Shown here in pieces: positions 47,596-64,000 of a DNA stretch of 64,000 bases. Below the pieces are notes generated by a model. It was not told where the DNA came from. It ran no database searches and worked only from the letters and a program-made list of their open reading frames with translations. Source of the DNA: the human T2T-CHM13v2.0 reference genome, Homo sapiens. Numbering within the stretch: position 1 is the first letter of the stretch; the number at the start of each line of letters is the position of its first letter. Made by a program: the position numbers and the translations under genes. The stretch is taken from NCBI RefSeq assembly GCF_009914755.1, contig NC_060926.1; one strand, written 5' to 3'.

Positions 47596-48525
47596 CTGCA
47601 TGTGCACCTAACTGCTGCTTGGGTAAACAGCAAATGTATAAAATGATTTCACATTGTTGGGGTGATTTTACTCTTTCCTTTCTGTCTTTCCCTGAGTCTA
47701 AATCTTTCTATAATTGGCATGTAATGACACACAATGGACATGCAATTCCTCACAAGGAACAGCTTCCAACAGCCTGCCTTTGAGGAGACATTTCCAGATG
47801 GCTTTATTTCTGTGGTGGCGGCAGAACCCACTTGCTGGGCTGCCACAGTAATGTTTAAAGATCTGATCCTGTAACTAAATGAAGAAAGGTAGGGAGTAGC
47901 AAGAAATTACACTTAGTAACTCCCTCTTCATTCTCTGGAGAAGAGAACATGGCCTTTCTACCAGGAGACTGGCACCAGGGACTTGGGAAGGGGCTGGGAC
48001 CCATGCCTGGTACCTCTCATCCTAGTCTCCCCCTGCACCTGACAAGCAGAAAGTGCCCAATAAATACTTGTTGAAATAACAAAATGGGCTCTGATGCTTA
48101 ATGTGCCTGGGAGGTGAGGCTGGAGTTTCACCCATCGAGAAAAGCAGAAACATCCAGAGGTCTCCAACTCCAACATTTCCTGCCCTGCCCCCACCCCCGC
48201 CCCCAGCCACGAGAGGCCAGGAGAGGATCAGGAAGCAGGAGCTGCGGAACATACAGCTTCACATTGGCTGGTGCCCAGGCTTCAGCACCAACAGGGCTCC
48301 AAAACCTAACAGGACGGGGCTGGCTCAGAGCAACACTCTACTCCGAAGACGGGCATATATCACCCTACAGGTCTCAATTCCACGTCTCTTTCATTTAACC
48401 ATTGAAGAACATTTTTTGCTCTAATCGTAAAAGTTATGCTCAATGAAAACAATTTGGAAAACTGAAAAATTATAAAGCAGTTCTTTCATCCCACAGGGAC
48501 AGCTACTGTTACATTCTCCTCCGTG

Positions 48526-48528
<3 letters not shown>

Positions 48529-48560
<32 letters not shown>
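48529..48560. repeat. (TG)16 microsatellite
   Basis: Perfect run. Confidence 0.97.
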
Positions 48561-48563
<3 letters not shown>

Positions 48564-49144
48564 AGAACCATGAGTAACCAGCTGCTGCTGAAAATGATGT
48601 TTTTACATGAGAAAGTCAGGGTCTTCTATGGGTTCATCAATAGTACTACTACCAGCAAGGACAATCGTGACATGTAAAGGCATCTGTTATTTACTGGGCA
48701 ACGGCAAAGTGCCAGAGCAGAGTGAGTGGGGGACATACCTCCCCCAACAGCATCTCCACACCAGCCCGAGGTGATCTCATCAGCTGGTTTCACAGACCCG
48801 GGACTCTTCCAAAACAACCCTCCTAATACGCGTGGCACCGCATTCCCAGGACACAACGTCACTCAGGGAGCAAGCACGCTGCCAAGTCCTCCCTTATGGC
48901 TCATTTGTTGCAGAGGGACTGGGCTTGCATAACCCACCCTGGCCAGGATGGCATAACCCACTCAGGGCAGGTGGACCTGCTGTAGCCTGATCAGCACTCC
49001 AAGGGACTTCACGTCCCCCAGAGATTCCTATTAAACCAAAGTGAGAGCGACAGGGCTGTAGGGCTCAAGAGGAATCACAGTTTAAGGAAATAATTTCACA
49101 GTTCATAAGCACAGTGGGAAAGAAAATGCTGGAACTCTTCCCTA

Positions 49145-49390
<246 letters not shown>

Positions 49391-49993
49391 TTAGGGGGAA
49401 GAAAGGAAGAATGAAACAAATTACTGAAGATAAAATTCATAGTACCCCAAAATATAATCATTGCTATTAATATTTCTACGGCTACTTTCTACAACATAAT
49501 GTACTATACCTTCCTCATCCGAAGTGGGAGGCAACAAAACAAAAACAAAACAAACAGACAAAAACCGGAAGACACTAAAAACAAATAATTAATTAAGTCA
49601 ATAGAGAAAATCACAGATATTGCATTTCACATAAGATGCAGAAAAACTGCTTTGGAATCAGCAACGTGAACAAATACACTAATGACTTTTAAACTATTTG
49701 TTTTTGCCAAATCATTTAGTCATAAGCCAAAGGAATGAGTTGAAATTTTCAAAGAATGTTTTGGTTGTGGATCATAGCCAAATTCTATTTGAAAAGCACA
49801 CATCCTTCTGTTATTTCAACCCCCAGAAAACTCAGATGCCCATGTTGTTCATGATTTTTAAATTAAACATTTTGATCATCAGATAATCAAATCAAAATTC
49901 ATATATTAGAACTGCATGCATTCTTTAATCACTCCCACCTTCACCCTAAAGCTCAGTGATTTGAGGGTCAGCGTGTTTACAGCCCCACGATAC

Positions 49994-50102
49994 CTGTCAA
50001 ACAAATGTGTTCGGGTTGAGTTTATAGCTCTGTCAACAGTCGCAATCGCTTCCACGATGGAGGTAGCTACAAACGGATCTCCATTTCGACTGACGTCAGG
50101 AA
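49994..50102 (-). CDS. PXDN: PXDN exon 15 (109 nt), linker/pro-region
   Basis: ttcctag|TTCCTG ... GACAG|gtatcg; (V)[35 protein letters not shown]. Confidence 0.97.
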
Positions 50103-50614
50103 CTAGGAAAATACAAAGTCGCGTATTACCAGGAAAAATACTGCACAATTACTCATAAAATGATGTCTAGACACTACATCATTAGCCACAAGGCATACTT
50201 TTCTCCAAATGTTATTTCTATTTTTCAAACCCAAACTCAAATTATTTTATCACAAATTCTACTAGAAGCCGTTTCAGACAGCATGAAAATTACAGACTTT
50301 AGCTTTTGAAATCATGTTATACCTAAGAAGAAGACAGGAAGTAGTTATAATGTGAAGCATGGAAGATCTTATGCTATATGCAACAGCATGTGGGAGGTGT
50401 GGACTGAGGCCTCCCTGTGTGGCCAGCCCAGCAGACAAGATGTCTGTGGAGACACCTCAGTGTCCAGCAGATCTCGTCCATTCCTCTCATCAAAGGCCAC
50501 AGCCTCCCTGGACTCCGGGATCCTAACCCACTCCCCTCTTTAAAGATCTGCTGCCTCCATGATCCCATCTTCTCACCTGTGGACTTGTATCATTACACAG
50601 GGCAACTCCCTCCT

Positions 50615-51785
50615 CACACACACCACACACCACACACACACAATCACATTATACACACAGGCGCACACACACCACCTACATAGAACATTATACACAGACA
50701 CACACACTATACATAGCACATTACATGCACGCCACACACAGATCCACACCACACATGCACCACACACACAGCACATTATACACACATGTCACATTATACA
50801 CAGAAACACATACCACACACAATCACATTATATACACAGAAACACATACGCCACCTACACAGAACATTATATAGAGACACACCACGCCACACATAACACA
50901 TCACACACACGCCACACACAGATACATACCACACACACACCACACATATAGTACATTATACACACACAAATCACATTACACACACACACCACACACATCA
51001 CATTATACACACACATCACATTGTACACACAAACACACATACACCACACACACAAATCACATTGCACAAACACACCAGAGGTATGCACCACACACTGCAC
51101 ATTATACACAGACACACAGACACCACACACACACATCTGCCCCTCCTGACAGCAACCTGCCCCTCCTGACAGAAACCTGTCCCCTCCTGACAGGGACCTG
51201 CCCCTCCTTACTGGGATCTGCCCCTCCTGGCAGGAACCTGCCTTCTCCTGACAGGAATCTGCCCCCTCCTGACGGAAACCTGCCCCCTCCTGACTGAAAC
51301 CTGCCCCCTCCTGACTGAAACATGCCCCCTTCAGACAGGGACCTACCCCCTCCTGACACATGCCACCTACACAGCACATTAAACACAGACACACGCCACA
51401 CATAGGACATGACGCACACACCACACACACACAGATTATATATGCAGATACACACAAAAATCACACATCCATCACACTACACTCAGATACACACGACACA
51501 CACATCACATTAGACACACATACACACCACACAAATACAACACACCCAGCACCTTATAAATAACACGCACATAGCCCATCAAACATATAGATACACACGA
51601 CACTATACACACAGATACACACTACACATACCAACACCATAGCATACCACACATACTCATCACACTATAAACACACAGACACACCACACAACACACACAA
51701 ACACACACCCCAAACACCACACAAACACACAACATACACAAACACACCAAACCAAAGAAACACACACACACAGAATCACACACCT
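50615..51785. repeat. Degenerate CA-rich tract, interrupted at ~51137-51355
   Basis: acacac/cacattatacac low-complexity sequence. Confidence 0.93.
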
Positions 51786-52079
51786 TATCTACCCCTAAAG
51801 TTACTGCCCTCTTTCTAGTTCCCTCTTGTCATTCTTTTCTGCTTAATAGTAAGTCCCTAGTTGATACTTTACCAAATACTATAAACTAATTCCAACCAAC
51901 TTTTATTTTTAGTGATGAAAACAGCTCTAACCATCTCACCCAATGACATGAACCCCAATAAATCCAAAGTTGATTTCATTTTTCTTCAACATACGCAATC
52001 TTTTGACAGACGCTGACACAGCCCAACACACCCTTACAAAAAAGCTTCTTTCACTTGGCTGCTGGGACACAGCCCTCTA

Positions 52080-53570
52080 TGGGGACCTGCCCCCTCTTGA
52101 CAGAGACCTGCCCTCTCCTGACAGAAAGCTGCCCCCTCCTGACTGAAACCTGCCACTTCCTGACAGGGACCTGTCCCCTCCTGCCTGAAACCTGTCCCCT
52201 CCTGAATAAAACTGGTCCCCTCATGACAGGCACCTGCACACTCCTGACTGAAATCTGCCCCATCCCGACTGGGACCTGCCCCCCTGACAGAAACCCGCCC
52301 CCACCTGACTGAAACCTGTCCCCTCCTGACAGGGACCTGCCCCCTCAGTACTGGGATCTGTCCCCTCCTGACAGGAACCTGCCTTCTCCTGACTGAAGCA
52401 TGCCCCCTTTGGACAGGGACCGAAACCTGTACCCTCTTGACAGGGACTTGCCCCCTCCTGACTGAAACCTGCCCTCTCCGGACAGGGACCTACCCCCTCC
52501 TGACTGGAACCTGTCCCCTCCTGACAGAAACCTGTCCCCTCCTGCCTCAGACCTGTCCCCTCCTGACTGGGTTCTACTCCCTCTGACTGAGAACTGCCCT
52601 CTCCTGACTAAAACCTACCCCCTGCTGACAGGGACTGACCTTGCCCCTCCTGAATGAAACTTGGCCCCTCCTGGCTGGGACCTGCCCCCTCCTGACAGGG
52701 ACCCGAACTCTTTAAACTGCAACTTACCCCTCCTGACTGGGGGGGGACCTGCCTCCTACTGACTGGGGGGGAACCTGCCACCTCCTCCTGGGACCTGCCC
52801 CCTCCTGACTGAAACTTGCTCTCCCCTGACTGGAACCTGTCACCTTCAGACTGGGAACAGCCCCCTCCTGACTGAAACCAGCCCCCTCCTGACAGGGACC
52901 TGCCCCTCCTGACAGAAACCAGCCCCAACCTGACTGAAACCAGCCCCAACCTGACTGAAACCTGCCAACTCCTGACTGAGACCTGTCTTCTCCTGAAGGG
53001 GACCTGCCCTGTCCTAACTGAAACCTGCCGCCTCCTGTCAGGGACCTACCCTCTCCTGACAGGGACCTGCTGCCTCCCGACTGAAGCCTGTCACCTCCTG
53101 ACTAGGACGTCCCCCTCCTGACTGGGACCTGCCCTCTCGTGACAGACACCTGGCCCTCCTGCCTGAAACCTGGCTGCTGACTGAAAGCAGCTCCCTCCTA
53201 ACAGGGACCTGCCCCCTACTGACAAGGAACTACCCTCTCTTGACAGCGACCTGCCCACTCCTGACAGGGACCAGCCCCTCCTGTGTGAAACCTTCCCCCT
53301 CCTGACAAGAACCTGCCCCCACCTGACAGGGACGGGCCCCCTCCTGACTGAGACCTAGTCCTTTCCTGACAGGAACCTGCCCCCTGTTGTCTGGAACCTG
53401 TCCCCACCTGACAGGCACTTGCACCCTCCAGATTGGGACCCGCCCTCTCCTGACAAGGACGTGCCCCCTCCTGACCGAAACCTGCCCCTCCTGACTGAGA
53501 CCTAGTCCCTTCCTGACAGGAACCTGCCCCCTCTTGCCCCCTCCTCACTGGGACTTGCCCCCTCACTGTG
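52080..53570. repeat. C-rich ~20-21-bp degenerate minisatellite, ~70 copies
   Basis: cctgccccctcctgac(a/t)g(gg/aa)a. Confidence 0.95.
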
Positions 53571-53618
53571 ATTTCCTTTCTCCTTGTCTCTTCCTCCTGA
53601 GCACTCCATTTCAGCTGT

Positions 53619-53621
<3 letters not shown>

Positions 53622-53664
<43 letters not shown>
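53622..53664. repeat. (CT)~21 microsatellite
   Basis: Perfect run. Confidence 0.97.
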
Positions 53665-53666
<2 letters not shown>

Positions 53667-53699
53667 CCTCTCTCTCTGTTACAGTGTCTGCGTGCGTCC

Positions 53700-54670
53700 A
53701 CTCTCAGTGTCTTTTTGCTCATTCTGCCTTGCCCGCCCGGCCTCTGAGGCTGCAGCTCCAGCACAGTGACTGGGTGTTCTGGTCCTCCACAGCATCTCCC
53801 TGTGTGGTTCCACTTCACGCTGTTGTCTTCAAATTTACACCATCGTCCTGACCTCTCCCTGCAGCTCACTTCGTGGCTCTCACCACCCACTCCAGGCTTT
53901 TCCCTTTTCCATGCTCAAACAGGACTCCTCCATCTCTTCTTCCCCAAGCCGGTTCCTCCCCAGCTGTCTCTGGGTCTCAATGGGTGACACTGGCAGAGCC
54001 CAGCAGTCCCCCCACAGTGCAAGCCAACTACTGCCAGGCCCCCTCAGATCTGCTACTGGCCACGAGCCCAGGGACCAGCCCCGCAGACCCCAGCTGTGGG
54101 CCCGGGTGCAGGCACTCCTTCTCCCACTTGGCCCAGCACCCCCCACTATCCTCCCCGACACCTCGCCCTGGACCCTTCATCCACAGCCCAAGCCAAATCT
54201 TAGGAAAGCAGACTGGCTCACGGTGCTCCTCTGCTGGGAACTTCCTCATGGCGTCCCGGTATGTCTGCAAGGACAGTCGAGCTCTGCAGCCCAGTTAGCA
54301 CCAGGACCCCCAGGACTGCCCCAGCCCTGTGCTCCCCACCCCCCGGCATCGGGCTCATTCTGACCCCAGGACCCCCCCTCTCTACTCTCCCAGACCAGGC
54401 TGCCCCTGCCACCCCCCATCTCCCCGCGGCTCCCTCTGCTCAGAATTCAATACGCAGGCGAGTGCTGACCACCTCTGCTTCCCCCTCCGGCCCATGCCTT
54501 GCCCTGCGGTTCCTCACGGACTCCTCACCATCTGAGCGTGACTGCTCATCTCACTGCTTCTTACTCATCTCTCCACCAGGATCTAACTCCATGGAGCCGA
54601 GTGCCTGGCACACCTGGCTCAGCACTGAGGACAGAGTCCAGCCCACGAAGGCATTTGCTGAACGAACGAC
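53700..54670 (+). mobile_element. Degenerate L2 fragment(s)
   Basis: Ends gagtgcctggcac...catttgctgaacgaacga. Confidence 0.55.
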
Positions 54671-55285
54671 CAAGTGGCGGCGACTATTGGTGATAACTGG
54701 GCCAACCCGAGGGCCCTTCTGAACCATCTTCTTACAACATGTGCTCACACCGGACTATGGATGGACATCTCCAGCCTGATTTATTTCACCGCTAACAGAC
54801 ATCACAGGCATGTGGATTAGGTGAGCTCATTGGCTATTTTGCATATTTGAGGTATGTATACATGGACAACTCAAATGGCTGAAAAGAATTTCAGCTAGGC
54901 AGAAACCTTACTTTTTGGTGTGTATCTCAGAGCCCAAATTTACTAATTTTTGGAATGCAATATTTTTATGCCAATAGGTAGATAAATGAGACATACAATT
55001 TTATATAATTTTATGACTCACATTTCATTCTTATTAATGGTTTAAGTTGAATTTGTATTTCTATAAGCAATGATCACAGAAAAATAATCCAAAAGCATTT
55101 CTTTATCTACCTTTTTATAAAAGGAAAAGGAATCCAACCATAATATTAATGATGGTATTTTTGGGGGATGGAATTACGGGTGGACGATTAAATTTCAGAT
55201 GTAATTAATTCATGTTAAGGTAGCATTTTTCAAGCAAAAAACAAATATTAATTTTAAATAATCTACTGGTTTTTAAGTTTCATCA

Positions 55286-55322
55286 ACTTAATTTTACACT
55301 TAATTTTACACTTAATTTTACA
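55286..55322. repeat. 12-bp tandem repeat x3
   Basis: acttaattttac. Confidence 0.85.
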
Positions 55323-56378
55323 TCAACTTTACATTTCACACTCTACATATAATGGGAAAATAAGGTCACTTAAGACTTTTCCTAAATAATTCTTAAAAGT
55401 CTTTGAGGAATTCCATTACGGTTCACATTTATGTCTGCCATGTTCATGGCACTGAGTGGGGGTCACTCTTCCTGTCTGTTAACAAGTCCCATGGAGAAGG
55501 CGGATCAGTCACAATGAGAGTGGAAAAGGCAAAAATAGAGTCACAGTGGAGGCCCGGGGGAAGGCCAGCGCCTGCGGGGAGTGGGGTGATGGCCAGAGGG
55601 TCCTTTACCCCGTGAAGGGGGGTTTGTGCGCGTTCTCAGAGTGTTGCTAACTCTAGGGGGACAGAGCAGGAGTGGGGAACACACCACTGATGAGGCGCAG
55701 GTTTGGGTCACACTGTGAAGACTCCATGCAAAGCTAAAGGGTGTGAGTGTCACCCTGGTGGCCACAGGAGACATGGAGAAGGGTCAGGGACACATCATGG
55801 GCATCATGGGGTCTGTGGGTTGAGAAAGAGGGGCCAGAGTGACCCGGGCCTCTGTTACAAGAACCCGGACAAGATGCCAAGGGCCTCGGGGTGAGTGGGA
55901 TGGAAGTGGTGGCGGACCAGGATGCAAACAGACAGATGCAGGCATGGAGTCAGGACGGCTCTAGGACCACCGACTGGATCTATGTAAGGCTGCCTACGAG
56001 CACCTAGAGGTTCCCACTGAAAGATGCTTCCAGAGCATTCCTGGCCAAAGCCCGAGGAGAGAGAAACCGCAGCTAAGGAATCAGAATCTCTTCAAGCAAC
56101 CATATTTGCCAAATTGTAACTGTAAATTACACCTGGTCATTTCTGGACAGATGTGGATGACCCCGGAGCAAAGCTCTGCCCAGTGGATGGGCTGCAGGGT
56201 AAGACATTGCCCAGTGGACAGGCTGCAGGACAAAGCTCTGCCCCGTGGATGGGCAGCAGGGCCTCCAGGTGCCTGTGTGGAGGGGAGGGGCTGTCGAGCA
56301 GCCCGGCCATGCATCAGGAGAGTGTCCCCACCTGGGAATCAAGGGTGCTTTGTCTTCTGAATAATTCTGAACAGCCTA

Positions 56379-56648
<270 letters not shown>

Positions 56649-57484
56649 TTAGAAATAAGACTAAGAAGCAGAAGTTATCTGACCTAGGGTTGGGGGAGGG
56701 GAGCCATTTGTTAGGATTTGCAAATGGAGAAGCTCCCAGGCTGCGCTCAGATCCATCCAGGCCTGGAAAGCGAAGGAGATGTGGTCAGTTCTCCCAGTGC
56801 CAAGCTGGCGAGATAAACTCTTCCCACATCTCATTCTTTGGGAGAACAGAGCTTGACAGCTTGAGGCAAGGATGATTTTCCACAATGAGGAGAAGAGGCA
56901 CCAATGATGGCTCCCTTAGACACCCGCTATGGTGGGGGGCCCTACAAAGAGACCTAGGAATGTCTCAGAAAGAGAGGGCACTGGCGCCGAGGGCAAAGAA
57001 GGATTCAGAGGCAGACGCAGAGGGACAGGTGACCTCCCAGCTGAGGCAGGAACAAGAGCAGATGCCTGGGGTGTGTGTGGCGAGGAAGAAAAGGACACAG
57101 AGATTCACAGGGCAGTGCAGGGATGCAGGTGGAGGATGGGACCATCTCCGCTGAGCACTCTCCTTCCATGGGGACCAGTGTGGCCAGCCCTGTGCTCCCG
57201 GGAGGGAATTCACAGAAACACGGGTCATGGTGTGTGAGTGCTACCCACATTTTCCTACTGAGCTTAATAAAAACAGCAAAGAAATGAAATAACGATGAAA
57301 ACCCTTCCTTATTGATGATGAGACCATAGTTCTATAAGAGGGTTTTTCTTTGCTTTTGTTATTGAAAAGATCAAAAAAATGGAATGCTCCAAGTTTGTTT
57401 TGTTCTTATTAGTAAGGATGCCCTGAGTATTTTTACCTCAAGGCTTAAGATCTGAATGTTTTTCTTTCTGCTACAGAAAGTCTA

Positions 57485-57850
<366 letters not shown>

Positions 57851-59165
57851 TCAGGCCCACTCAGGGATGCTGGGAGCTCACAGTCAGTTTCAGAATGGGC
57901 CCTTTCTCTGCCTCCCAGCAGCCTCTGCACAGGGCAGGGGAGCCTGAAAGATCCCAGGGAAGATCCGCCCGCCTCCCCGCCTCTCAGGGCAAGGAGAGCA
58001 AAGCATAGCCAGTGTCTTCCCTGCTCAGAGACAGACAGCCGCAGGGTCCAGGATGGGCTGGCTGCCATGTCCTCCAGCCCCCAGTCCCTCACCGATGGTG
58101 GGGCAGTCTCAGGCATATGCTGTGCCGCAGGGCCCACAGAGGATAACAAGCTCTGGGGAGAGCCCAACTCTCGGAGAAGGAAACAGAGGGGAGCTTCCTC
58201 CTCTGAAAGAGCAGGAGCGTGGCTGAGTGCTGGGATCTGGGGAGCCGTTCAGGAATCCCACCCCCGCATTCTCTATACAGGCACCCAGCGTTCTGCTAGG
58301 TCAGGGACGCCAAGGGCAAACCCAAGAAACACAGAGCCAACCCGGCGGGCCGGTCATCAACAGCCTACTGACAACAGGCAGAGGGGAGCCCCTTCTAGAG
58401 GTCTGCACAGTCTCAGGACAGCCCCAAAGTGACGCAAGGAAATCCAGCCCTATCCTCCCCGCACGACATCTCTGCCCCACTCCCCATGGTCCCCATGACA
58501 AGCTCAGGGTCTGTGGCAACCTGGATTACTCAGCTCTGGGGGCCACTCATGCTAACACTGGAGTTAGCACAGGGCGCCTGCAACACGGGGGCTGGGCCAG
58601 GGGCCTTCGCTCTTGCAGAGGCCACAATCAGTGCTACGCTGATTCTATCGGGAGGGATATGAGGTTGTGGGGATTCTTCTCATTGGAGAGAACAGGCAAA
58701 GGCGACATCCAAAAAGAACAAGATGAAGACCAGGGTCCAAGGATGAGCGGGCAGACGGGAAAGAAACTGGATTTGGCCTCATGATACATCATCTGGGGTC
58801 TGTGCCTTGGGAGCTGACTTGATTAGACTGTGTTACTTAAATAACCACCCCAGAAAGGGCAGTTAGAAACAACCCTTTTCTAAAATAATCTTAATTAACC
58901 AAGGGAAAAAACCTGATAGATTTTACTTTAACAAGTCACTCTTATCCAAGTTCAAAACAACCATCACTGAAAAATAAGCAAATGTTTTCACCCGCTAAAG
59001 GGACAGAGATTGAATGAGCTACTATGCAGACACCCTGGGGGCACAAGCACAATGACGGTGCACAAAATGCAGAGAGAACAGCCAACGCTTTATAACGAAG
59101 AGTAACACTAATGTCAGCTGCGGAATTCTGTGTTTCCTGATAACCGATCTGAGAAAATCAATTCA

Positions 59166-59366
<201 letters not shown>

Positions 59367-60437
59367 TTACACTGGACACTCGGACGCATGGAGAACTCCT
59401 GCTCTCAGACTGACAGCATGACCACAGAAGCTTGTCTCCACCTGGGTCGGGGCGCCGGATAATTTGGCCTGGCCCTGCATAAGCAAATCTTTGCCTCCCC
59501 AGCAGACACCATGGTGACACCTGAACGTCCCTGCACCCGTAACTCAGACAGAGGGGTTGACAGTGGCAGAGAACAGAGGGAAAAGCACTACACAGGGGGC
59601 CAGGAGGACATGGGGACTCGGGGAGTCAGAGCGGGGTGGATGGCCAGCTGGGAGAACCAGGGAGAGGATTGAGTGCTGGAGATGACGAAGAGCCAAGCGA
59701 GGCCCCAGCAAGTTCCTTTCCGGGATAAACCTCTCCTGTTCTTGCCCATAACTGCCTGAGAAAAGGGAAATCCAGGGCGTGTGATGCAGGCACAAGCCTC
59801 CTCCCCAAAGACTTTCAGGAGCCCTGGGTGGGGCCCCTCAGAGGGCTGAAGGGATGGGCTGGCCATTTGGTGCAAGCTGGAGTGGCCAGGATGTCTCAGG
59901 GTCACTGCTTGCATCCCAGGACAGGAACCAGGAGGTCTGCGTAGCTCCTTCTCCAGCAGTTTCAGCTCCTGCCCTCACCCCAACCCCCATCCAGGCTGTG
60001 CCTTTATGCAGTAACATGCCCAGCGACTTTCCCATTGAAGAAAGAGGGCTAGGACTGTAGGCAAAGAATGTGATGAAAGGTCATGATGCCGAATGGGGAG
60101 GTGACAGTGAGGGCTCTGGGAAGCAAAGTCAGAGCAAAAGCTATTCGTCTGTTTCAATATATTCCTCGACTGTTTCCAGAAAATTCTATCCTCCATGCAA
60201 ATAGATTCCTTCAAGAGGCTACTTAAAAGCACATCCTAGAGACTATCTGAAACAAGGCAGGTGTGAGGGAGTCAAAGGCAGGAACCCCAAGTCTCTTCCG
60301 CAATGACAGAGCTTCTCAGAGTTTCCTGCCATGATGTCCATGAGGGACGGCCATGCATGGACAGGAAGCCGCGGGGGATGTGCAGACACCTCTGCGCTTC
60401 CCAGTGCCTTGGTCCTGTGGAATCCAGTCCCAGCTCA

Positions 60438-60770
<333 letters not shown>

Positions 60771-61708
60771 CTACAACGAAGAGTCAGAAAGAGGCAGAGG
60801 GCACAGGAGAAGATGGGAGCAGAACGGAAAGAAGATGAAGGATGGGTGTGTTCTCAGCATCACCCTGGAAAGCACACAAAGACCGTTCAACCACACCGCC
60901 AGCTGCAATGCACACGGGGCACGGATGAGGACACACTGCAGCTCGTGGACACCAGGCCGACTTACAACGATTCCTCTCAATCCTCACCCTAAACTAATAT
61001 TTGCAAATGCTTAAAAAATGCCATCTGGTATAGCTGTGTATGATGATAGTGGTTATTATCACTGGATGAAAAACATAACTTACAGAATAGTATTGTCTGG
61101 TATGATTCCATTTTTATAAAAGTAACAGCCACAAAAAAAGTAAATCCATGTAACGCAGTTGCACTGCTGTGCGTGCAGATTCTCGACAGATTGCCAGTGA
61201 GACAGGAAAGGGCTGAAGAGAGGCCAGCAGAAGGAAATGATTGCTCTATCTCTAATATCATCTCTAATAATTTATCTTTTGCACTTCCGTATTGTTTGAA
61301 TGTTTTCCAACAAAGTCCCACTTCACAAGAATAACTCATTTTACAGTCAATTAAGCAATGTAGAAATCCATGGCAGATGGCGTAAAACGATGAATACTCC
61401 CAGATTACATCCAAAACTGACCTTAGGGAAGGATTCAAAGCTGTCTGCAAGGTGTATCAACCACCTTACTGCACATGTGCATGCATGTGTGCACACCCAC
61501 ACACACACACTCTCTCTCTCACTTATCTGATAGACACTCCTGCTGGCCAGGTGCTGGAGGTACAGAGACACGACAGCCAGCACACAGAGCCCATACTACA
61601 GAGCCTTCTGTTCCAAAAATCTACAAACTGCAGTCGTCTGTATTTAGTCCAAGGGGGGTGTAATGGATAAAAATCAACCGAGTGAAGTGGACAGGGCAGA
61701 AGATTCTA

Positions 61709-62143
<435 letters not shown>

Positions 62144-62706
62144 TCAGGCTATTAATTCTATTTACCACCGAAATAGGCAAAACAAACACAACGTAACTGC
62201 ATATTTTCTTTTTAAAGAAATGTGCAGACAATAAAAATGGTTCACAGCCTCGGGTCAAACAAAATGCAGGCCACGTGAGAAAAGTGAGCAACCATGATCG
62301 GTTAGGAAGAGCTAATTAGGAAGCGCTTTTTCTTAAAACATGTGCCGAACTCCATGGAGGTTTCTTATTTCTAAATAAAATACATTATGTCAATCTTGTT
62401 AGACCTTGCTAGTAGTTCTTATTGGCACAAATTATTGTTAGGGAAGTATATTTAGAGTATACAAAATATCAAATTTACTCACAAAAAATGCAAATTAAAA
62501 GTAAGCAAGAAATAATATTTTTCAAATTTAAATCCAGAAAAAAGTCCATACAATTATGAATGTGTTTCATGTGTGAGTTTGTGTGGAAACAGAACTCTCC
62601 CATGCTGGCAGTGGGAGCACACCCTGGCCCAGCCCACCTGCAGGGACGTGGCCGTGCATACTGACACTGAAGATGTGCACACTCTATTGCCCAGAAATGA
62701 CCCTGC

Positions 62707-64000
<1,294 letters not shown>

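Overview
Human (primate) genomic DNA, recognisable as the distal 2p25.3 locus holding the 3' part of PXDN (peroxidasin) on the minus strand. I traced 14 coding exons (10-23 in the usual 23-exon numbering, recalled from memory), all with GT-AG boundaries and continuous phase. They total 3422 coding nt including the TAG stop and encode Ig2-Ig4, the haem peroxidase domain, the RGRR convertase site and the C-terminal VWC domain. A ~2.3 kb 3'UTR ends near 27440. Positions 1-27400 are downstream intergenic DNA rich in minisatellites and transposon fossils (L1, MER4A1, MER31, THE1, Alu, near-full-length Tigger1). Nearly all other ORFs in the track are noise. I see no evidence of a wholly new gene system. 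The best leads are RNA-processing features: a triplicated exon-13 splice donor, an exon-16 read-through giving a peroxidase-less isoform, a VNTR of decoy acceptors in intron 21, alternating Alus around exons 18/19, and a proximal poly(A) signal that splits the 3'UTR regulatory sites.
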